Assembly: GCA_015487785.1 (NCBI GenBank)
Contig: WFPC01000041.1
Span: 31,592 to 95,591 of the forward strand
Direction: 5' to 3'
DNA: 64,000 bases
DNA from: Gammaproteobacteria bacterium
GTDB taxonomy: Bacteria > Pseudomonadota > Gammaproteobacteria > S012-40
Shown here: positions 11,170 through 25,336 of the stretch, in pieces
Layout: every line of letters begins with the position of its first letter
How positions within the stretch are numbered: position 1 is the first letter of the stretch
Translations under genes and position numbers: made by a program
Notes under the pieces: model-generated
What the model was told of the DNA's origin: nothing
What the model saw: the letters and a program-made list of their open reading frames with translations, nothing else
Database searches by the model: none

Positions 11170-11562
11170 TTGAACAGCACGACGCGTGAAGTCGCCGAGA
11201 ACACCCGGCGGCTGATAATCACCCAAGCTATCGTCGGCCTGGTGGTTGCCACCGGGTTTATTTTTGCGCAGAGCTTGTGGGTCGGGGTGTCGGCCCTGTT
11301 CGGCGCCGCGGTGAGCGTGGTGATCACCCTGATGCTGGGTTCCGGGGTGAAACGGGCCGGCGCACAGGCAGCCGAGAATCCCAAGAAGAGCATGGGGATT
11401 CTCTATTTTGGCGCCGTGCAGCGGTTCGTCGTGGTGCTGGTGCTGTTCGTGCTGGGGCTGGGGCTGATGGGGCTCGATCCTCTCGCTCTGGCTGTGGGTT
11501 TCGGTTTTTCGCAATTGGGTTATCTATTCAGTTTTCGCCGTCTCAGCAGACCGGCGGGCTAG
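11170..11562 (+). CDS. atpI: ATP synthase subunit I (AtpI)
   Basis: The product is a 130-aa hydrophobic 4-helix protein. It lies directly upstream of atpB. Confidence 0.7.
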   Translation: MNSTTREVAENTRRLIITQAIVGLVVATGFIFAQSLWVGVSALFGAAVSVVITLMLGSGVKRAGAQAAENPKKSMGILYFGAVQRFVVVLVLFVLGLGLMGLDPLALAVGFGFSQLGYLFSFRRLSRPAG

Positions 11563-12414
<852 letters not shown>

Positions 12415-12440
12415 TTTCGTTTTTTGCTAACTGAAACTGA

Positions 12441-12737
<297 letters not shown>

Positions 12738-12777
12738 GCCTTATCACGATTGGTTCGAAGCCTAAGGGGATTACACT

Positions 12778-13248
12778 ATGAATATTACAGTGACCCTGCT
12801 TGCACAGGTCATCGCGTTCATCGCGCTCATCTGGTTTGTCAACAAGGTGCTCTGGGGCCCCTTGTCCAAGCTGATGGAAGAGCGGCAGAAACGAATCGCC
12901 GATGGTCTTGCCGCAGCGGAGAAAGGTAAGAAAGAGCAGGAGCTGGCCGAGAAAAAGGCCCTTCAGGCGATCAGCGAGGCCAAGCAACAGGCGGCCGAGA
13001 TTATTGCCCAGGCACAGAAGCGGGGCAATGAGATCGTCGAGGAGGCCAAGGAAACGGCCCGGGCCGAGGCCGAGCGTATCGTCGCCGCTGCCAATGCCGA
13101 GATCGAGCAGGAGGTCAACCGCGCCAAGGAGCACTTGCGCAAGGAAGTGGCCGAACTGGCCCTGGCCGGCGCCAGCAAGGTGCTCAAGCGTGAAATCGAC
13201 GCCAAGGCGCACAAGGATCTGCTCAACGATCTGGCCGCGCAAATCTGA
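12778..13248 (+). CDS. atpF: ATP synthase Fo subunit b
   Basis: The 156-aa product has an N-terminal TM segment followed by a long charged coiled coil. Confidence 0.9.
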   Translation: MNITVTLLAQVIAFIALIWFVNKVLWGPLSKLMEERQKRIADGLAAAEKGKKEQELAEKKALQAISEAKQQAAEIIAQAQKRGNEIVEEAKETARAEAERIVAAANAEIEQEVNRAKEHLRKEVAELALAGASKVLKREIDAKAHKDLLNDLAAQI

Positions 13249-13259
13249 ATGGGTGAACT

Positions 13260-13796
13260 ATGGCAGAAGCATCAACGATAGCACGGCCCTATGCCCAGGC
13301 GGCGTTTGAGGTTGCGCAAGAGAGCAAGGCCCTCGAGAGCTGGTCGCAGGCCCTGGGATTCGTCGCCGCGGTGGTCGCCGACCCGCAGATGCGGGCGCTG
13401 GTGGGCAATCCCAAGCTGACGCCGGCGCAATTGGCCGATGTGTTGTTCGCCATTTGTGGAGACAGGCTCGACAAGACACAGGGCAATTTCATTCGTCTGC
13501 TCATCGAGAACCGCCGCCTGGCCCTGTTGCCGGAGATCGCCGCGCGTTTCGACGCCTTGCGCGCCGAGGCCGAAAAGGTTGTCAACGTACAACTGGTTTC
13601 CGCAGTGGAGGTGGACAAAGCCACCCAGAAAAAGATCGCCAATGCCTTGAAAAAGCGCCTCGGACAGAGCGTCAATCTGAGCACGGCCATCGACGAGCGC
13701 ATCATCGGCGGTGCCATCATTCGTGCTGGTGATTTCGTCATCGATGGTTCGGTCGCCGGGCAACTGGATCGGCTGGCAAGTGAGTTGACTCACTAA
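13260..13796 (+). CDS. atpH: ATP synthase F1 subunit delta
   Basis: The 178-aa OSCP-like protein sits between atpF and atpA. Confidence 0.9.
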   Translation: MAEASTIARPYAQAAFEVAQESKALESWSQALGFVAAVVADPQMRALVGNPKLTPAQLADVLFAICGDRLDKTQGNFIRLLIENRRLALLPEIAARFDALRAEAEKVVNVQLVSAVEVDKATQKKIANALKKRLGQSVNLSTAIDERIIGGAIIRAGDFVIDGSVAGQLDRLASELTH

Positions 13797-13823
13797 ACCA
13801 AAGATTTTGAGAGGGAAAACCCC

Positions 13824-15365
13824 ATGCAATTGAATCCTGCAGAGATCAGTGATCTGATCAAGAACAAGATCAAGAACTTCGAAGCGGCTACCGAAGCCCG
13901 CACCGAGGGTACCGTGGTCAGCCTGACCGACGGCATCGCCCGCATCCACGGCCTGTCGGACGTCATGTCCGGCGAGATGCTGGAATTCCCCGGTGGTATC
14001 TACGGCCTGGCGCTGAACCTGGAGCGCGACTCCGTGGGTGCGGTGATCATGGGCGACTATGGCAATATCTCCGAGGGTGACACGGTCAAGTGTACCGGCC
14101 GCATCCTGGAAGTGCCGGTGGGTGAAGCCCTGTTGGGCCGGGTGGTGGATGCTCTGGGCAACCCCATCGACGGCAAGGGCCCCATCGAGACCGGCACCTC
14201 CTCGCCCATCGAGAAAATCGCCCCCGGCGTTATCGCCCGCCAATCGGTGGACCAGCCGGTACAGACCGGTCTCAAGGCCATCGACTCCATGGTGCCCATC
14301 GGTCGCGGCCAGCGGGAACTGATCATCGGCGACCGCCAGACCGGCAAGACCGCGGTGGCCGTCGACGCCATCATCAATCAGAAAGGCACCGGCATCAAGT
14401 GCATCTACGTGGCCATCGGCCAGAAGGCCTCGTCCATCGCCAACGTGGTGCGCAAACTGGAAGAGCACGGTGCCATGGAGCACACCATCGTGGTGGCGGC
14501 CTCGGCCTCCGACTCCGCCGCCCTGCAATACGTCGCACCCTATGCCGGCTGCGCCATGGGCGAGTATTTCCGCGATCGCGGCGAAGACGCCCTGATCGTC
14601 TACGACGATCTCACCAAGCAGGCCTGGGCCTATCGCCAGGTTTCCCTGCTGTTGCGTCGTCCGCCGGGTCGTGAAGCCTATCCCGGCGACGTGTTCTACC
14701 TGCACTCGCGGCTGCTGGAGCGGGCCGCGCGGGTCAATGCCGACTACGTGGAAAAGATGACCAATGGCGAGGTCAAGGGCAAGACCGGCTCACTTACCGC
14801 CCTGCCCATCATCGAGACCCAGGCCGGTGACGTGTCCGCCTTCGTACCCACCAACGTGATCTCCATCACCGATGGCCAGATCTTCCTCGAGACCGATCTG
14901 TTCAACGCCGGTATCCGCCCGGCCATCAACGCGGGTCTGTCCGTATCCCGTGTGGGTGGCGCGGCGCAGACCAAGATCATCAAGAAGCTTGGTGGGGGTG
15001 TGCGCCTGGATCTGGCCCAGTACCGCGAGCTGGCGGCCTTCGCCCAGTTCGCCTCCGACCTGGACGAGTCCACCCGCAAGCAGATCGAGCGGGGTCAACG
15101 GGTGACCGAGCTGATGAAGCAGAAGCAATACGCACCGTTGAGCACCGCCGAAATGGCTTTCTCCCTGTTCGCCGCCAACGAGGGTTTCCTCGACGACGTG
15201 GAAGTGAACAAGGTGGTGGCCTTCGAGGAGGCCCTGCATGCCTACATTAACTCGAGCTGCGCCGACCTGGTGAAGCGCATCAACGACACCGCCGATTTCA
15301 ACGACGAGATCGCGGCCGAGATGCGCAAGGCCATCGAGACGTTCAAAGCCAACAATACGTGGTAA
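13824..15365 (+). CDS. atpA: ATP synthase F1 subunit alpha
   Basis: The 513-aa product has the P-loop [10 protein letters not shown] and the alpha-subunit signature. Confidence 0.97.
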   Translation: MQLNPAEISDLIKNKIKNFEAATEARTEGTVVSLTDGIARIHGLSDVMSGEMLEFPGGIYGLALNLERDSVGAVIMGDYGNISEGDTVKCTGRILEVPVGEALLGRVVDALGNPIDGKGPIETGTSSPIEKIAPGVIARQSVDQPVQTGLKAIDSMVPIGRGQRELIIGDRQTGKTAVAVDAIINQKGTGIKCIYVAIGQKASSIANVVRKLEEHGAMEHTIVVAASASDSAALQYVAPYAGCAMGEYFRDRGEDALIVYDDLTKQAWAYRQVSLLLRRPPGREAYPGDVFYLHSRLLERAARVNADYVEKMTNGEVKGKTGSLTALPIIETQAGDVSAFVPTNVISITDGQIFLETDLFNAGIRPAINAGLSVSRVGGAAQTKIIKKLGGGVRLDLAQYRELAAFAQFASDLDESTRKQIERGQRVTELMKQKQYAPLSTAEMAFSLFAANEGFLDDVEVNKVVAFEEALHAYINSSCADLVKRINDTADFNDEIAAEMRKAIETFKANNTW

Positions 15366-15380
15366 ACCGGGGTAGCAGAC

Positions 15381-16250
15381 ATGGCCGTTGGTAAAGAGAT
15401 ACGCAACCAGATCAAGAGTATCAAGAATACTCAGAAGATCACCCGCGCCATGGAGATGGTGGCGGCGAGCAAGATGCGCAAGGCGCAGAAGCGCATGGAG
15501 GCCTCGCGTCCCTATGCGCAGAAGATGCGTGCCGTGATCAGTCACCTCGCCCATGCCCATCCCGAGTACCGGCATCCCTATCTGCTGGAGCGTGAAAACG
15601 TCAAGCGGGTGGGCTACATCGTGATCAGCAGCGACCGCGGCCTGTGCGGTGGCCTCAATACCAACCTGCTCAAGCTGGTGGTGACCGAGGCCCGGCAGTG
15701 GAAGGACAAGGGGGTCGAGGTCAAGCTGTGCACCATCGGCCAGAAGGGCACCTCGTTTCTCAGCCGCTTTGGTTTCGACATCGCCGCCCAGCAGACCCAG
15801 ATCGGCGACCAGCCCGGAGTGGCCGACCTCATCGGTACCGTCAAGGTGATGCTGGATGCCTACGACCAGGGCGAAATCGATCGCCTGTTCGTGGTCAGCA
15901 ACGAATTCGTCAACACCATGACGCAGAAGCCCGTGGCGGAACAACTGCTGCCGATTCAGTCCGCCGAGCCCGAGGAAGAGCTCAAGCACCACTGGGACTA
16001 CATCTACGAGCCCGAGGCCAAGGAGGTGCTCGACATGCTCATGGTGCGCTACATCGAGTCGCTGGTCTACCAGGGCGTGGTGGAGAACATCGCCTGTGAA
16101 CAGGCGGCGCGCATGGTGGCCATGAAGTCGGCCTCGGACAACGCCGGCAACCTGATCTCCGATCTGCAGCTGGTCTACAACAAGGCCCGCCAGGCCGCCA
16201 TCACCCAGGAGATCTCGGAAATCGTCAGCGGCGCCGCGGCGGTTGGCTAG
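15381..16250 (+). CDS. atpG: ATP synthase F1 subunit gamma
   Basis: The 289-aa product starts with an N-terminal sequence ([36 protein letters not shown]) matching the conserved gamma-subunit N-terminus. Confidence 0.95.
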   Translation: MAVGKEIRNQIKSIKNTQKITRAMEMVAASKMRKAQKRMEASRPYAQKMRAVISHLAHAHPEYRHPYLLERENVKRVGYIVISSDRGLCGGLNTNLLKLVVTEARQWKDKGVEVKLCTIGQKGTSFLSRFGFDIAAQQTQIGDQPGVADLIGTVKVMLDAYDQGEIDRLFVVSNEFVNTMTQKPVAEQLLPIQSAEPEEELKHHWDYIYEPEAKEVLDMLMVRYIESLVYQGVVENIACEQAARMVAMKSASDNAGNLISDLQLVYNKARQAAITQEISEIVSGAAAVG

Positions 16251-16275
16251 AAAAAGATTTTGACTTTATTTTTAA

Positions 16276-17667
<1,392 letters not shown>

Positions 17668-17685
17668 GCCCCAGAGGAAGCGAGT

Positions 17686-18111
17686 ATGGCTATGACATTT
17701 CATGTGGACATCGTCAGCGCGGAAGAAGAGATCTACTCCGGCAAGGCCGAGATGCTGTTTGCGCCGGCGGTGATGGGCGAGGTGGGCGTGCTGGCCCACC
17801 ACACCCCCCTGCTGACCAGCCTCAAGCCGGGCGAGGTACGGGTGAAGACGCCGGAAGGCGAGGAACACTTCATCTACGTCTCTGGTGGCATGCTAGAAAT
17901 CCAGCCCCACGTGGTGACGGTTCTGGCCGACACCGCGATACGGGCGGCGGATCTCGACGAAGCCGCGGCCCTGGAAGCCAAGGAACGGGCGGAAAAGGCC
18001 CTGGCCGAGCGCAAGGCCGATATCGATTATGCCCTGGCCGAGGCGGAGCTGGCCGAAGCCATCGCCCAGTTGCAGGCCATCCAGCGCTTGAAACAAGCAC
18101 GTCGTCATTGA
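17686..18111 (+). CDS. atpC: ATP synthase F1 subunit epsilon
   Basis: The 141-aa product follows atpD. Confidence 0.9.
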   Translation: MAMTFHVDIVSAEEEIYSGKAEMLFAPAVMGEVGVLAHHTPLLTSLKPGEVRVKTPEGEEHFIYVSGGMLEIQPHVVTVLADTAIRAADLDEAAALEAKERAEKALAERKADIDYALAEAELAEAIAQLQAIQRLKQARRH

Positions 18112-18126
18112 TGGTGGTCGTGTTCG

Positions 18127-18152
18127 CTGGCAGACGAAAAAGGGCCTCCGGG
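18127..18152 (+). terminator. Rho-independent terminator after the atp operon
   Basis: A perfect hairpin aaaaagggcc-tccg-ggcccttttt is followed by a T-run immediately 3' of atpC. It has A-tracts on both sides, so it may work in both directions. Confidence 0.6.
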
Positions 18153-18198
18153 CCCTTTTTTGCTTTATGAAAATCCCCTTGAAGCCGATTAGTCACCC

Positions 18199-19572
18199 AT
18201 GGATCTGAGCATCGTCATACTCGCCGCGGGAAAGGGTACCCGCATGCGCTCCAAGCTGCCCAAGGTATTGCACCGGCTGGCCGGCAAGGCCTTGCTGGCC
18301 CACGTCATCGAGACCGCACAAGCGCTCGACCCACGACGTATCGTGGTAGTCTACGGTCATGGGGGTGAAACCGTGCCCCGCGCCTTGTCCGGTTATGCCG
18401 TGCAATGGGTGGAGCAAGCCGAACAACTGGGCACGGGGCATGCGGTGGATACCGCCATGGCGGTCCTGTCCCTGTCGACGTCGGAGCGCGTGTTGGTACT
18501 CTATGGCGACGTGCCCCTGATTCGCCACGAGACCCTGCGAGATCTGCTACAGGGCCTGGATCGGACGCCCTTGGCCCTGCTCACCGCGCACCTGGACGAC
18601 CCCAGCGGCTATGGCCGCATCGTGCGCGACGAGCAAGGTGAAATCCTGCGCATTGTGGAACAGAAGGACGCCAGCGATGCCGAGCGCCGCATCGGGGAAA
18701 TCAACACCGGCATCCTGGCCGCCGAGGGCCAGGCCCTGCAGCGCTGGCTGGCGCGGTTGGACAACGACAATGCCCAGGGCGAGTACTACCTGACCGATGT
18801 CATCGCCCTGGCGGTGGCCGAGGGTCACCGGGTGGCCAGCAGCCGGGCCACTCACCTGTGGGAGATTCTGGGCGTGAACGACAAACTGCAACTGGCCGAA
18901 CTGGAACGACGCCAGCAGCAGAACCTGGCCCAGGCGCTGATGCGCCAGGGTGTGACCCTGGCCGACCCCGCGCGGCTGGACGTGCGGGGCCGGGTAGAAG
19001 TGGATCGCGATGTCAGCATCGATGTCAACGTGGTGCTGGAAGGCCATTGTGTACTGGGTGAAGATGTCTACATCGGTCCCAACTGTCTGCTGCGCGACGT
19101 GCGCCTGGCAGCGGGCGTGCGCATCGAGGCCAACAGTGTGCTGGAACAGTGCCAGGTGGGCGCCGGTTGCGTGATCGGCCCGTTTGCCCGCATTCGCCCC
19201 GACACCGAGCTGGACGAGGGCGCACGGGTGGGCAATTTCGTGGAAATCAAGAAATCCCGCATCGGCCGTGGCAGCAAGATCAATCACCTGAGCTATGTGG
19301 GCGACAGCCAGGTGGGCCAACGGGTCAACATCGGTGCCGGCACCATCACCTGCAACTACGATGGCGCCAACAAACACCGCACCGTGATCGGCGATGATGC
19401 CTTCATCGGTTCCGACACCCAATTGGTGGCACCGGTGGAAGTGGGCGCGGGTGCCACCATAGGTGCCGGTTCCACCATCACCAGCGATGCGCCGGCGGGC
19501 GAGCTGACCCTGTCGCGCAGCAAGCAGCGCACCATCCCCGGCTGGCAGCGCCCGCGCAAGGAAAAAGGCTAG
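18199..19572 (+). CDS. glmU: Bifunctional GlcNAc-1-P uridyltransferase / GlcN-1-P acetyltransferase
   Basis: The 457-aa product has the N-terminal motif [11 protein letters not shown] and C-terminal left-handed beta-helix hexapeptide repeats. Confidence 0.95.
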   Translation: MDLSIVILAAGKGTRMRSKLPKVLHRLAGKALLAHVIETAQALDPRRIVVVYGHGGETVPRALSGYAVQWVEQAEQLGTGHAVDTAMAVLSLSTSERVLVLYGDVPLIRHETLRDLLQGLDRTPLALLTAHLDDPSGYGRIVRDEQGEILRIVEQKDASDAERRIGEINTGILAAEGQALQRWLARLDNDNAQGEYYLTDVIALAVAEGHRVASSRATHLWEILGVNDKLQLAELERRQQQNLAQALMRQGVTLADPARLDVRGRVEVDRDVSIDVNVVLEGHCVLGEDVYIGPNCLLRDVRLAAGVRIEANSVLEQCQVGAGCVIGPFARIRPDTELDEGARVGNFVEIKKSRIGRGSKINHLSYVGDSQVGQRVNIGAGTITCNYDGANKHRTVIGDDAFIGSDTQLVAPVEVGAGATIGAGSTITSDAPAGELTLSRSKQRTIPGWQRPRKEKG

Positions 19573-19586
19573 AGAGGTAAACGGAC

Positions 19587-21419
19587 ATGTGTGGCATCGT
19601 AGGGGCGGTTGCGGAGCGCAACGTGGTGCCCATTCTGCTGGAAGGACTGCGACGGCTGGAATATCGAGGCTATGATTCCGCCGGCATCGCCGTGGTGGGC
19701 GAGGAGGGCGAACTGGAGCGGGTGCGTGCCCTGGGCAAGGTGGAGGTGCTGGCGCAGGCGGTGGCGGCCCAGGGGCTGCATGGCAATACCGGCATCGCTC
19801 ACACCCGCTGGGCCACCCATGGCAAGCCCAGTGAATCCAATGCCCATCCCCACATCTGCAACCGCCGGGTGGCGGTGGTACACAACGGCATCATCGAAAA
19901 CCACGACGCGTTGCGTCAGCGCCAGCAAGCCCAGGGTTATACCTTCACCTCCGAAACCGACACCGAGGTGGTGGCGCACGAAATCTTCCAGCACCTGGAA
20001 GGGATGGACCTGCTGGAGGCCGTGAAACAGACTCTCGAAGTGTTACAAGGGGCCTATGCCCTGGCGGTGATCCAGCGCAACGAAGCCCAGCGCATGATCG
20101 TTGCCCGCCGAGGCAGCCCGCTGGTGATCGGCATAGGCATCGGTGAGCACTTCATTGCTTCCGATGTGGCGGCCTTGCTGCCGGTGACCAACCGTTTCAT
20201 CTTCCTGCACGATGGCGATGTCGCCGATGTGCGTCCGCAACAGGTAGTGATCTACAACGCGCGGGGCGAGGTGGTGGAGCGCGAGATCCAGCTTTCCCAA
20301 CTCAGTGCCGACGCCACCGACAAGGGGCCGTACCGGCATTTCATGCTCAAGGAAATCTTCGAGCAGCCCAAGGCCATCAGCGATACCCTGGACGGACGCA
20401 TGCTCAACGGCCAGGTGCCGGACGAAATTTTTGGCAGTGGCGCCGGCGAACTGCTCGACCGGGTCGACGGGGTACACATCATCGCCTGCGGCACCAGCTA
20501 TCATGCCGGCCTGGTGGCCAAATACTGGCTGGAATCCATCGCCAGGGTACCCTGCATGGTGGAGATCGCCAGTGAATTTCGCTATCGCCATCCGGTGGTG
20601 CGCAACAACAGCCTCATCGTGACCATTTCCCAATCGGGTGAAACCGCCGACACCCTGGCCGCCCTGGAAGAGGCCAAGCGCCTGGGCTTCGGCCATTCCC
20701 TGAGCATTTGCAACGTGGCGGAGAGCTCGCTCACCCGTGCCTCCGATCTGACCCTGCTCACTCGTGCCGGACCCGAGATCGGAGTGGCTTCCACCAAGGC
20801 CTTCACCACCCAATTAGTCTCATTGCTGCTCTTGGTGTTGGCTCTGGGGCGCCGCCGTGGCTTGGAGGCGGCACGCATCGCCGCCATCCTGGCCGAGCTG
20901 GAAAAACTGCCAGGCAAGATCGAGCGCACCCTGGAATCCATGGACCCGCTCGTGCGCCTGTTGGCGGAAGATTTCATCGACAAGCACCACGCTCTGTTCC
21001 TGGGCCGGGGCGCCATGTACCCCATCGCCATGGAAGGGGCGCTCAAGCTGAAGGAGATTTCCTACATCCACGCCGAGGCCTATCCGGCCGGTGAGCTCAA
21101 GCATGGACCTCTGGCCCTGGTGGATGCGGAGATGCCGGTGATCACCGTGGCCCCCAACGACGAGTTGCTGGAAAAACTCAAGTCCAACATCCAGGAAGTG
21201 TCCGCCCGCGGTGGCCGACTCTATGTATTCGCCGACCCCAGCGTGGAAATCGAACAATCCCAGGACTGCCAGTTGTTCCACCTGCAGCGCGCCGAGGAGA
21301 CCATCGCGCCCATTCTCTACACCGTGCCGCTGCAGCTCTTGTCCTACCATGTGGCGGTATTGCGTGGCACCGATGTGGATCAACCCCGTAACCTGGCCAA
21401 GTCGGTGACAGTGGAATGA
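19587..21419 (+). CDS. glmS: Glutamine--fructose-6-phosphate aminotransferase
   Basis: The 610-aa product has an MCGIVG N-terminal nucleophile, SIS domains and ends ...VTVE. Confidence 0.95.
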   Translation: MCGIVGAVAERNVVPILLEGLRRLEYRGYDSAGIAVVGEEGELERVRALGKVEVLAQAVAAQGLHGNTGIAHTRWATHGKPSESNAHPHICNRRVAVVHNGIIENHDALRQRQQAQGYTFTSETDTEVVAHEIFQHLEGMDLLEAVKQTLEVLQGAYALAVIQRNEAQRMIVARRGSPLVIGIGIGEHFIASDVAALLPVTNRFIFLHDGDVADVRPQQVVIYNARGEVVEREIQLSQLSADATDKGPYRHFMLKEIFEQPKAISDTLDGRMLNGQVPDEIFGSGAGELLDRVDGVHIIACGTSYHAGLVAKYWLESIARVPCMVEIASEFRYRHPVVRNNSLIVTISQSGETADTLAALEEAKRLGFGHSLSICNVAESSLTRASDLTLLTRAGPEIGVASTKAFTTQLVSLLLLVLALGRRRGLEAARIAAILAELEKLPGKIERTLESMDPLVRLLAEDFIDKHHALFLGRGAMYPIAMEGALKLKEISYIHAEAYPAGELKHGPLALVDAEMPVITVAPNDELLEKLKSNIQEVSARGGRLYVFADPSVEIEQSQDCQLFHLQRAEETIAPILYTVPLQLLSYHVAVLRGTDVDQPRNLAKSVTVE

Positions 21420-21459
21420 GCGGCATCGAAGGGTTTTTGTCGCTCGCCGGTGTTCGCCA

Positions 21460-22707
21460 TCAAATGGTGGCTCGGCGGTCTTGATCCAGCGTCTGTGCCA
21501 GGAGCTCCAGCCAGTGTTGCACGGGCGTATGGGTGCCGCTGGCGAGATGGAGCTGGCAGCCGATGTTGGCGGTGGCGATGATGGCCGGCCGGTGTGTCTC
21601 CAGATTGCCGAGCTTGTTCCGTAACAGTTGTTGCGAGAGTTCGGGCTGGAGCAGGGAATAGGTGCCGGCGGAACCGCAGCACAAGTGGGCGTCGGCCACC
21701 GGCAGCAAGTCGAAGCCGGCCTCGCGCAGGAGGTTTTCCACCACGCCACCGAGTTTTTGGCCGTGCTGCAGGGTGCAGGGGCTGTGGAAGGCGATTTTTT
21801 TTCGTGCCGCCGGCGCAACAGTGTTTGCGGGCAGGCCCTCGTCGCGCAGCACTTCCGCGGCATCCCGGGCGAGTTCGGAGATGCGCCGGGCCTTTTCCCC
21901 ATAGGTCGGGTCGTTTTGCAACAATTCACCGTATTCCTTGACCTGTACGCCACAGCCGCTGGCGGTGATCACGATGGCTTCGGCGCCACGTTCTATGTGT
22001 GGCCACCAGGCGTCGATGTTGCGGCGCATGAAGTCGGCGGCTTCCTGGGGGGCGGCCAGGTGCTGGCTGACGGCGCCACAGCAGCCTGCCTCGGGGGCTT
22101 CGGTCAACTGGATGCCCAGGGCCTGGAAAACGCGTTTGGCGGCGGCATTGGTGGCCGGGGTGGCGACGCTCTGGGCACAACCGGCCAGTAGCAACATGCG
22201 CCGTGGCAGGTTGCGTTCAGGTGGCGGGGTGACGGTCTGGGCCGATCCGGACGGCAGCTTGCGGCGCAGGGCCGGCGGCAACAGGGGTGTACAGGCCCGG
22301 GCCAGTTTCAGCAGCAGGCCCAGGCGGGCGGGGTGGGTCAGGATGCGGCGCAACAGGGCGCGTTTGAGCCGCTCGCCGGGAGGGCGGGATACACGTTGCT
22401 CGATCAGTTCGCGGCCGATGTCGATCAGCCGGCCATAACGCACCCCGGAAGGGCAGGTGGTCTCGCAGGAACGGCAGGTGAGGCAACGGTCGAGGTGCTG
22501 CTGAGTATGGCGACTCACCGGCTGTTCTTCCAGTAATTGCTTGATCAGGTAGATGCGCCCGCGCGGACTGTCGCGCTCGTCGCCCAGCAGTTGATAGGTG
22601 GGACAGGTGGCAGTGCAGAAACCGCAGTGTACACAAGCGCGCAGAATGGCATCGGCCTCGCGGCCCTGGGGTGTGTTGCGGTAACGCTCGCCGATGCGGG
22701 TCTGCAT
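21460..22707 (-). CDS. glcF: Glycolate oxidase iron-sulfur subunit
   Basis: The 415-aa product has two 4Fe-4S motifs (CVHCGFCTATCP and CLTCRSCETTCP) and a CCG-type Cys-rich C-terminal half. Confidence 0.85.
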   Translation of the reverse strand: MQTRIGERYRNTPQGREADAILRACVHCGFCTATCPTYQLLGDERDSPRGRIYLIKQLLEEQPVSRHTQQHLDRCLTCRSCETTCPSGVRYGRLIDIGRELIEQRVSRPPGERLKRALLRRILTHPARLGLLLKLARACTPLLPPALRRKLPSGSAQTVTPPPERNLPRRMLLLAGCAQSVATPATNAAAKRVFQALGIQLTEAPEAGCCGAVSQHLAAPQEAADFMRRNIDAWWPHIERGAEAIVITASGCGVQVKEYGELLQNDPTYGEKARRISELARDAAEVLRDEGLPANTVAPAARKKIAFHSPCTLQHGQKLGGVVENLLREAGFDLLPVADAHLCCGSAGTYSLLQPELSQQLLRNKLGNLETHRPAIIATANIGCQLHLASGTHTPVQHWLELLAQTLDQDRRATI

Positions 22708-22710
22708 GGT

Positions 22711-23769
22711 TCAGAGTTCCGGATACAGTCGGCCGGGATTGAACAGGCCATGGGGATCGAAGGCCTGTTTGAGGCGGCGGTGATAATGTAGCAGGGTCGC
22801 CGGCAGGGGTTGGAAGGCCTGCTGGCGGTCGCCGCGCCGGAACACGGTGGCATGGCCGCCGGCCTGGTGTGCCGCGGCGCGGATGTCTTCGGCCGGGGCC
22901 GTGGACAACAGCCAGCGCTGGCTGCCACCCCATTCGTACAGCCACTGGCCGGGCAGGGACAGGGGTGGGGTGTCCGAGGGCAGTGACAGGCGCCACAAGG
23001 GGCGTTCATCGGCGAAAAAGGGGTGTTGCTGTTCCCGGATTTCATGCCAGAGGGTGGTGGCCTCCAGGGTATCGCCCCCGAGGGTGGCGCTGGCGGCCTC
23101 GATGGCCTCGGCGCTGCCTTCCAGGCGTAGGTAGAGCCGGCCATCCACATGGCAGGAGGCCGACACGGGCAGGGGCAGGCATGCCCAGCGGTGCAGGTGC
23201 TGCAGGGCTGCGGCGGGATCCAGCTCGAGCACCCGAGTGATTTCCCGCGCGGGCCGGGGCAGGACCTTGAGCGAGACTTCCAGCAGTATGCCGAGGGTGC
23301 CCAGGGCGCCGCATTGCAGGCGGGAGACATCGTAGCCGGCGACGTTTTTCATCACCTCGCCACCGAAGTGCAGCAACTCGCCACGGCCGTTGATCAAGCG
23401 GCAACCGAGCACGAAATCGCGCGCGGCGCCGGCATGGGGCCGGCGCGGGCCGGAGAAATTGGTGGCAATGGTGCCGCCCAGGGTAGCCTGGGGGCCGAAG
23501 TGGGGTGGCTCGAAGGCCAGCATCTGGCGCTGCGCGGCCAGGGTGGTCTCGATCTCCACCAGGGGGGTGCCACTGCGGGCGGTGATGACCAGCTCGGTGG
23601 GCTCATAGTTGACGATGCCGCGGTGAGCCCGGGTGGACAAGGGTTCGCCCACGGGTTCTCGGCCGTAGAAGGTCTTGCTGCCGCTGCCGGTGATACACAA
23701 CGGCGTGCGGGATGCGACGGCGGCCCGCACGCGTTGCTGCAATTGCTCTGTGGCGTCATGGTCGCGCAT
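22711..23769 (-). CDS. glcE: Glycolate oxidase FAD-binding subunit
   Basis: The ~352-aa FAD-binding PCMH-type domain protein lies between glcD and glcF. Its ATG overlaps the glcD stop (TGATG). The longer R-rich N-terminal extension in the track ORF is rejected. Confidence 0.8.
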   Translation of the reverse strand: MRDHDATEQLQQRVRAAVASRTPLCITGSGSKTFYGREPVGEPLSTRAHRGIVNYEPTELVITARSGTPLVEIETTLAAQRQMLAFEPPHFGPQATLGGTIATNFSGPRRPHAGAARDFVLGCRLINGRGELLHFGGEVMKNVAGYDVSRLQCGALGTLGILLEVSLKVLPRPAREITRVLELDPAAALQHLHRWACLPLPVSASCHVDGRLYLRLEGSAEAIEAASATLGGDTLEATTLWHEIREQQHPFFADERPLWRLSLPSDTPPLSLPGQWLYEWGGSQRWLLSTAPAEDIRAAAHQAGGHATVFRRGDRQQAFQPLPATLLHYHRRLKQAFDPHGLFNPGRLYPEL

Positions 23770-25247
23770 CAAAAACGTTCCAGTTCGGGAAACGGCAGTC
23801 GCCCGCCATGCACGTGCATGGCGCCGAATTCGGCGCAACGGTGCAGGGTGGGCACGGCCTTGCCCGGGTTGAGCAGGCCATGGGGGTCGAAGGCCCGCTT
23901 GATGGCGTGGAACTGCTCCAGTTCGGCGGGCTGGAACTGCACGCACATCTGGTCGATCTTTTCCATGCCCACGCCGTGTTCGCCGGTGATGGTGCCGCCG
24001 ACCGCCACGCACAGTTCCAGGATCCTGGCGCCGAAGGCCTCGGTGCGCTCCAGCTCACCCGGGCGGTTGGCGTCGTAGAGGATCAGCGGATGCAGGTTGC
24101 CGTCGCCGGCGTGGAACACATTGGCCACCGCCAGGCCATATTCGCGTGACAGCTCGCTGATGCCCTGCAGGACCTCGGGCAGACGCTTGCGGGGAATGGT
24201 GCCGTCCATGCAGTAGTAGTCCGGTGCGATGCGCCCCACGGCGGGAAAGGCCGCTTTGCGTCCCTGCCAGAAGCGGGCGCGCTCGGCCTCGTCGCGGGCG
24301 CTGCGCACCTCGGTGGCGCCGCTGGCCAGCAGGATTTCGCGTACCTGAAGGATCAGCGCCGAAACCTCGGCATTGATGCCGTCGAGTTCGCACAACAGGA
24401 TGGCCTCGGCATCACGTGGATAACCGGCATGGACGAAGTCCTCGGCGGCCTGGATGGCCAGCCGGTCCATCATTTCCAGGCCGGCGGGAATGATGCCGGC
24501 GGCGATGATCTCGCCCACCGCGCGGCCGGCGCGGGCCACGTCGTCGAAGGCCGCCAGCACCACCTGGGCTCGCTCGGGCTTGGGCAGCAGTTTCACCGTC
24601 ACTTCGACGATGATGCCCAGCATGCCCTCAGAGCCGGTCATCAGGGCCGGCAGGTCGTAGCCGGGTGCATCCAGGGCGGTGCTGCCCAGGGTTAGCAATT
24701 CGCCCTCGGCGGTGACGATTTTCAGTTGCTGGATGTTGTGCACGGTGAGACCGTACTTGAGGCAGTGCACGCCACCGGAGTTTTCCGCCACGTTGCCGCC
24801 GATGGTACAGGCGATCTGGGAGGAGGGATCGGGGGCATAGTACAGGCCGTGGGGTTCGGCGGCCTGGGAGATGGCCAGGTTGCGCACCCCGGGTTCCACC
24901 CGCGCCAGGCGCCGCCGGGGATCCAGTTCGAGGATGCGGTTGAACTTGGCCAGGCTGAGCAGAAGGCCGTGTTCGTGGGGCAGGGCACCTCCGGACAGCC
25001 CGGTGCCGGCACCCCGGGCCACCACCGGCACACCCAGACGGGTGCACAGGCGCAGGATGTGCTGGATCTGGGTCACGCTCTCGGGCAATACCACCGCCAG
25101 AGGCAGGCGGGTGTAGGCGGACAGGCCGTCGCACTCATAGGGGCGCAGATCCTCGGGTTCACTGAGTACGGCGCCGACGGGTAACAGGTCTTGCAGTTGT
25201 TGCAACAGTTCCTGCTTATTGGCCGCGGCAGTGTTCGCGTTGGGCAT
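23769..25247 (-). CDS. glcD: Glycolate oxidase subunit GlcD (FAD-linked oxidase)
   Basis: The 492-aa product has an FAD-binding domain 4 plus a C-terminal FAD-oxidase domain (GGTITGEHGVGMEK). Confidence 0.9.
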   Translation of the reverse strand: MPNANTAAANKQELLQQLQDLLPVGAVLSEPEDLRPYECDGLSAYTRLPLAVVLPESVTQIQHILRLCTRLGVPVVARGAGTGLSGGALPHEHGLLLSLAKFNRILELDPRRRLARVEPGVRNLAISQAAEPHGLYYAPDPSSQIACTIGGNVAENSGGVHCLKYGLTVHNIQQLKIVTAEGELLTLGSTALDAPGYDLPALMTGSEGMLGIIVEVTVKLLPKPERAQVVLAAFDDVARAGRAVGEIIAAGIIPAGLEMMDRLAIQAAEDFVHAGYPRDAEAILLCELDGINAEVSALILQVREILLASGATEVRSARDEAERARFWQGRKAAFPAVGRIAPDYYCMDGTIPRKRLPEVLQGISELSREYGLAVANVFHAGDGNLHPLILYDANRPGELERTEAFGARILELCVAVGGTITGEHGVGMEKIDQMCVQFQPAELEQFHAIKRAFDPHGLLNPGKAVPTLHRCAEFGAMHVHGGRLPFPELERF

Positions 25248-25336
25248 GCTGGAATATAAACATTAGTAAAACAGTCAGGAGTGCAAGGCTGTCACAAGCG
25301 GACGGGGATATCAAGGGCCCGAAGAGGTCGCCTGGC

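Noticed and set aside
14790-15992. 400-aa ORF antisense to atpA/atpG
   Set aside because: It lies opposite two near-identical matches to the F1 alpha and gamma subunits. It is G/H/L/V-rich with no motif.
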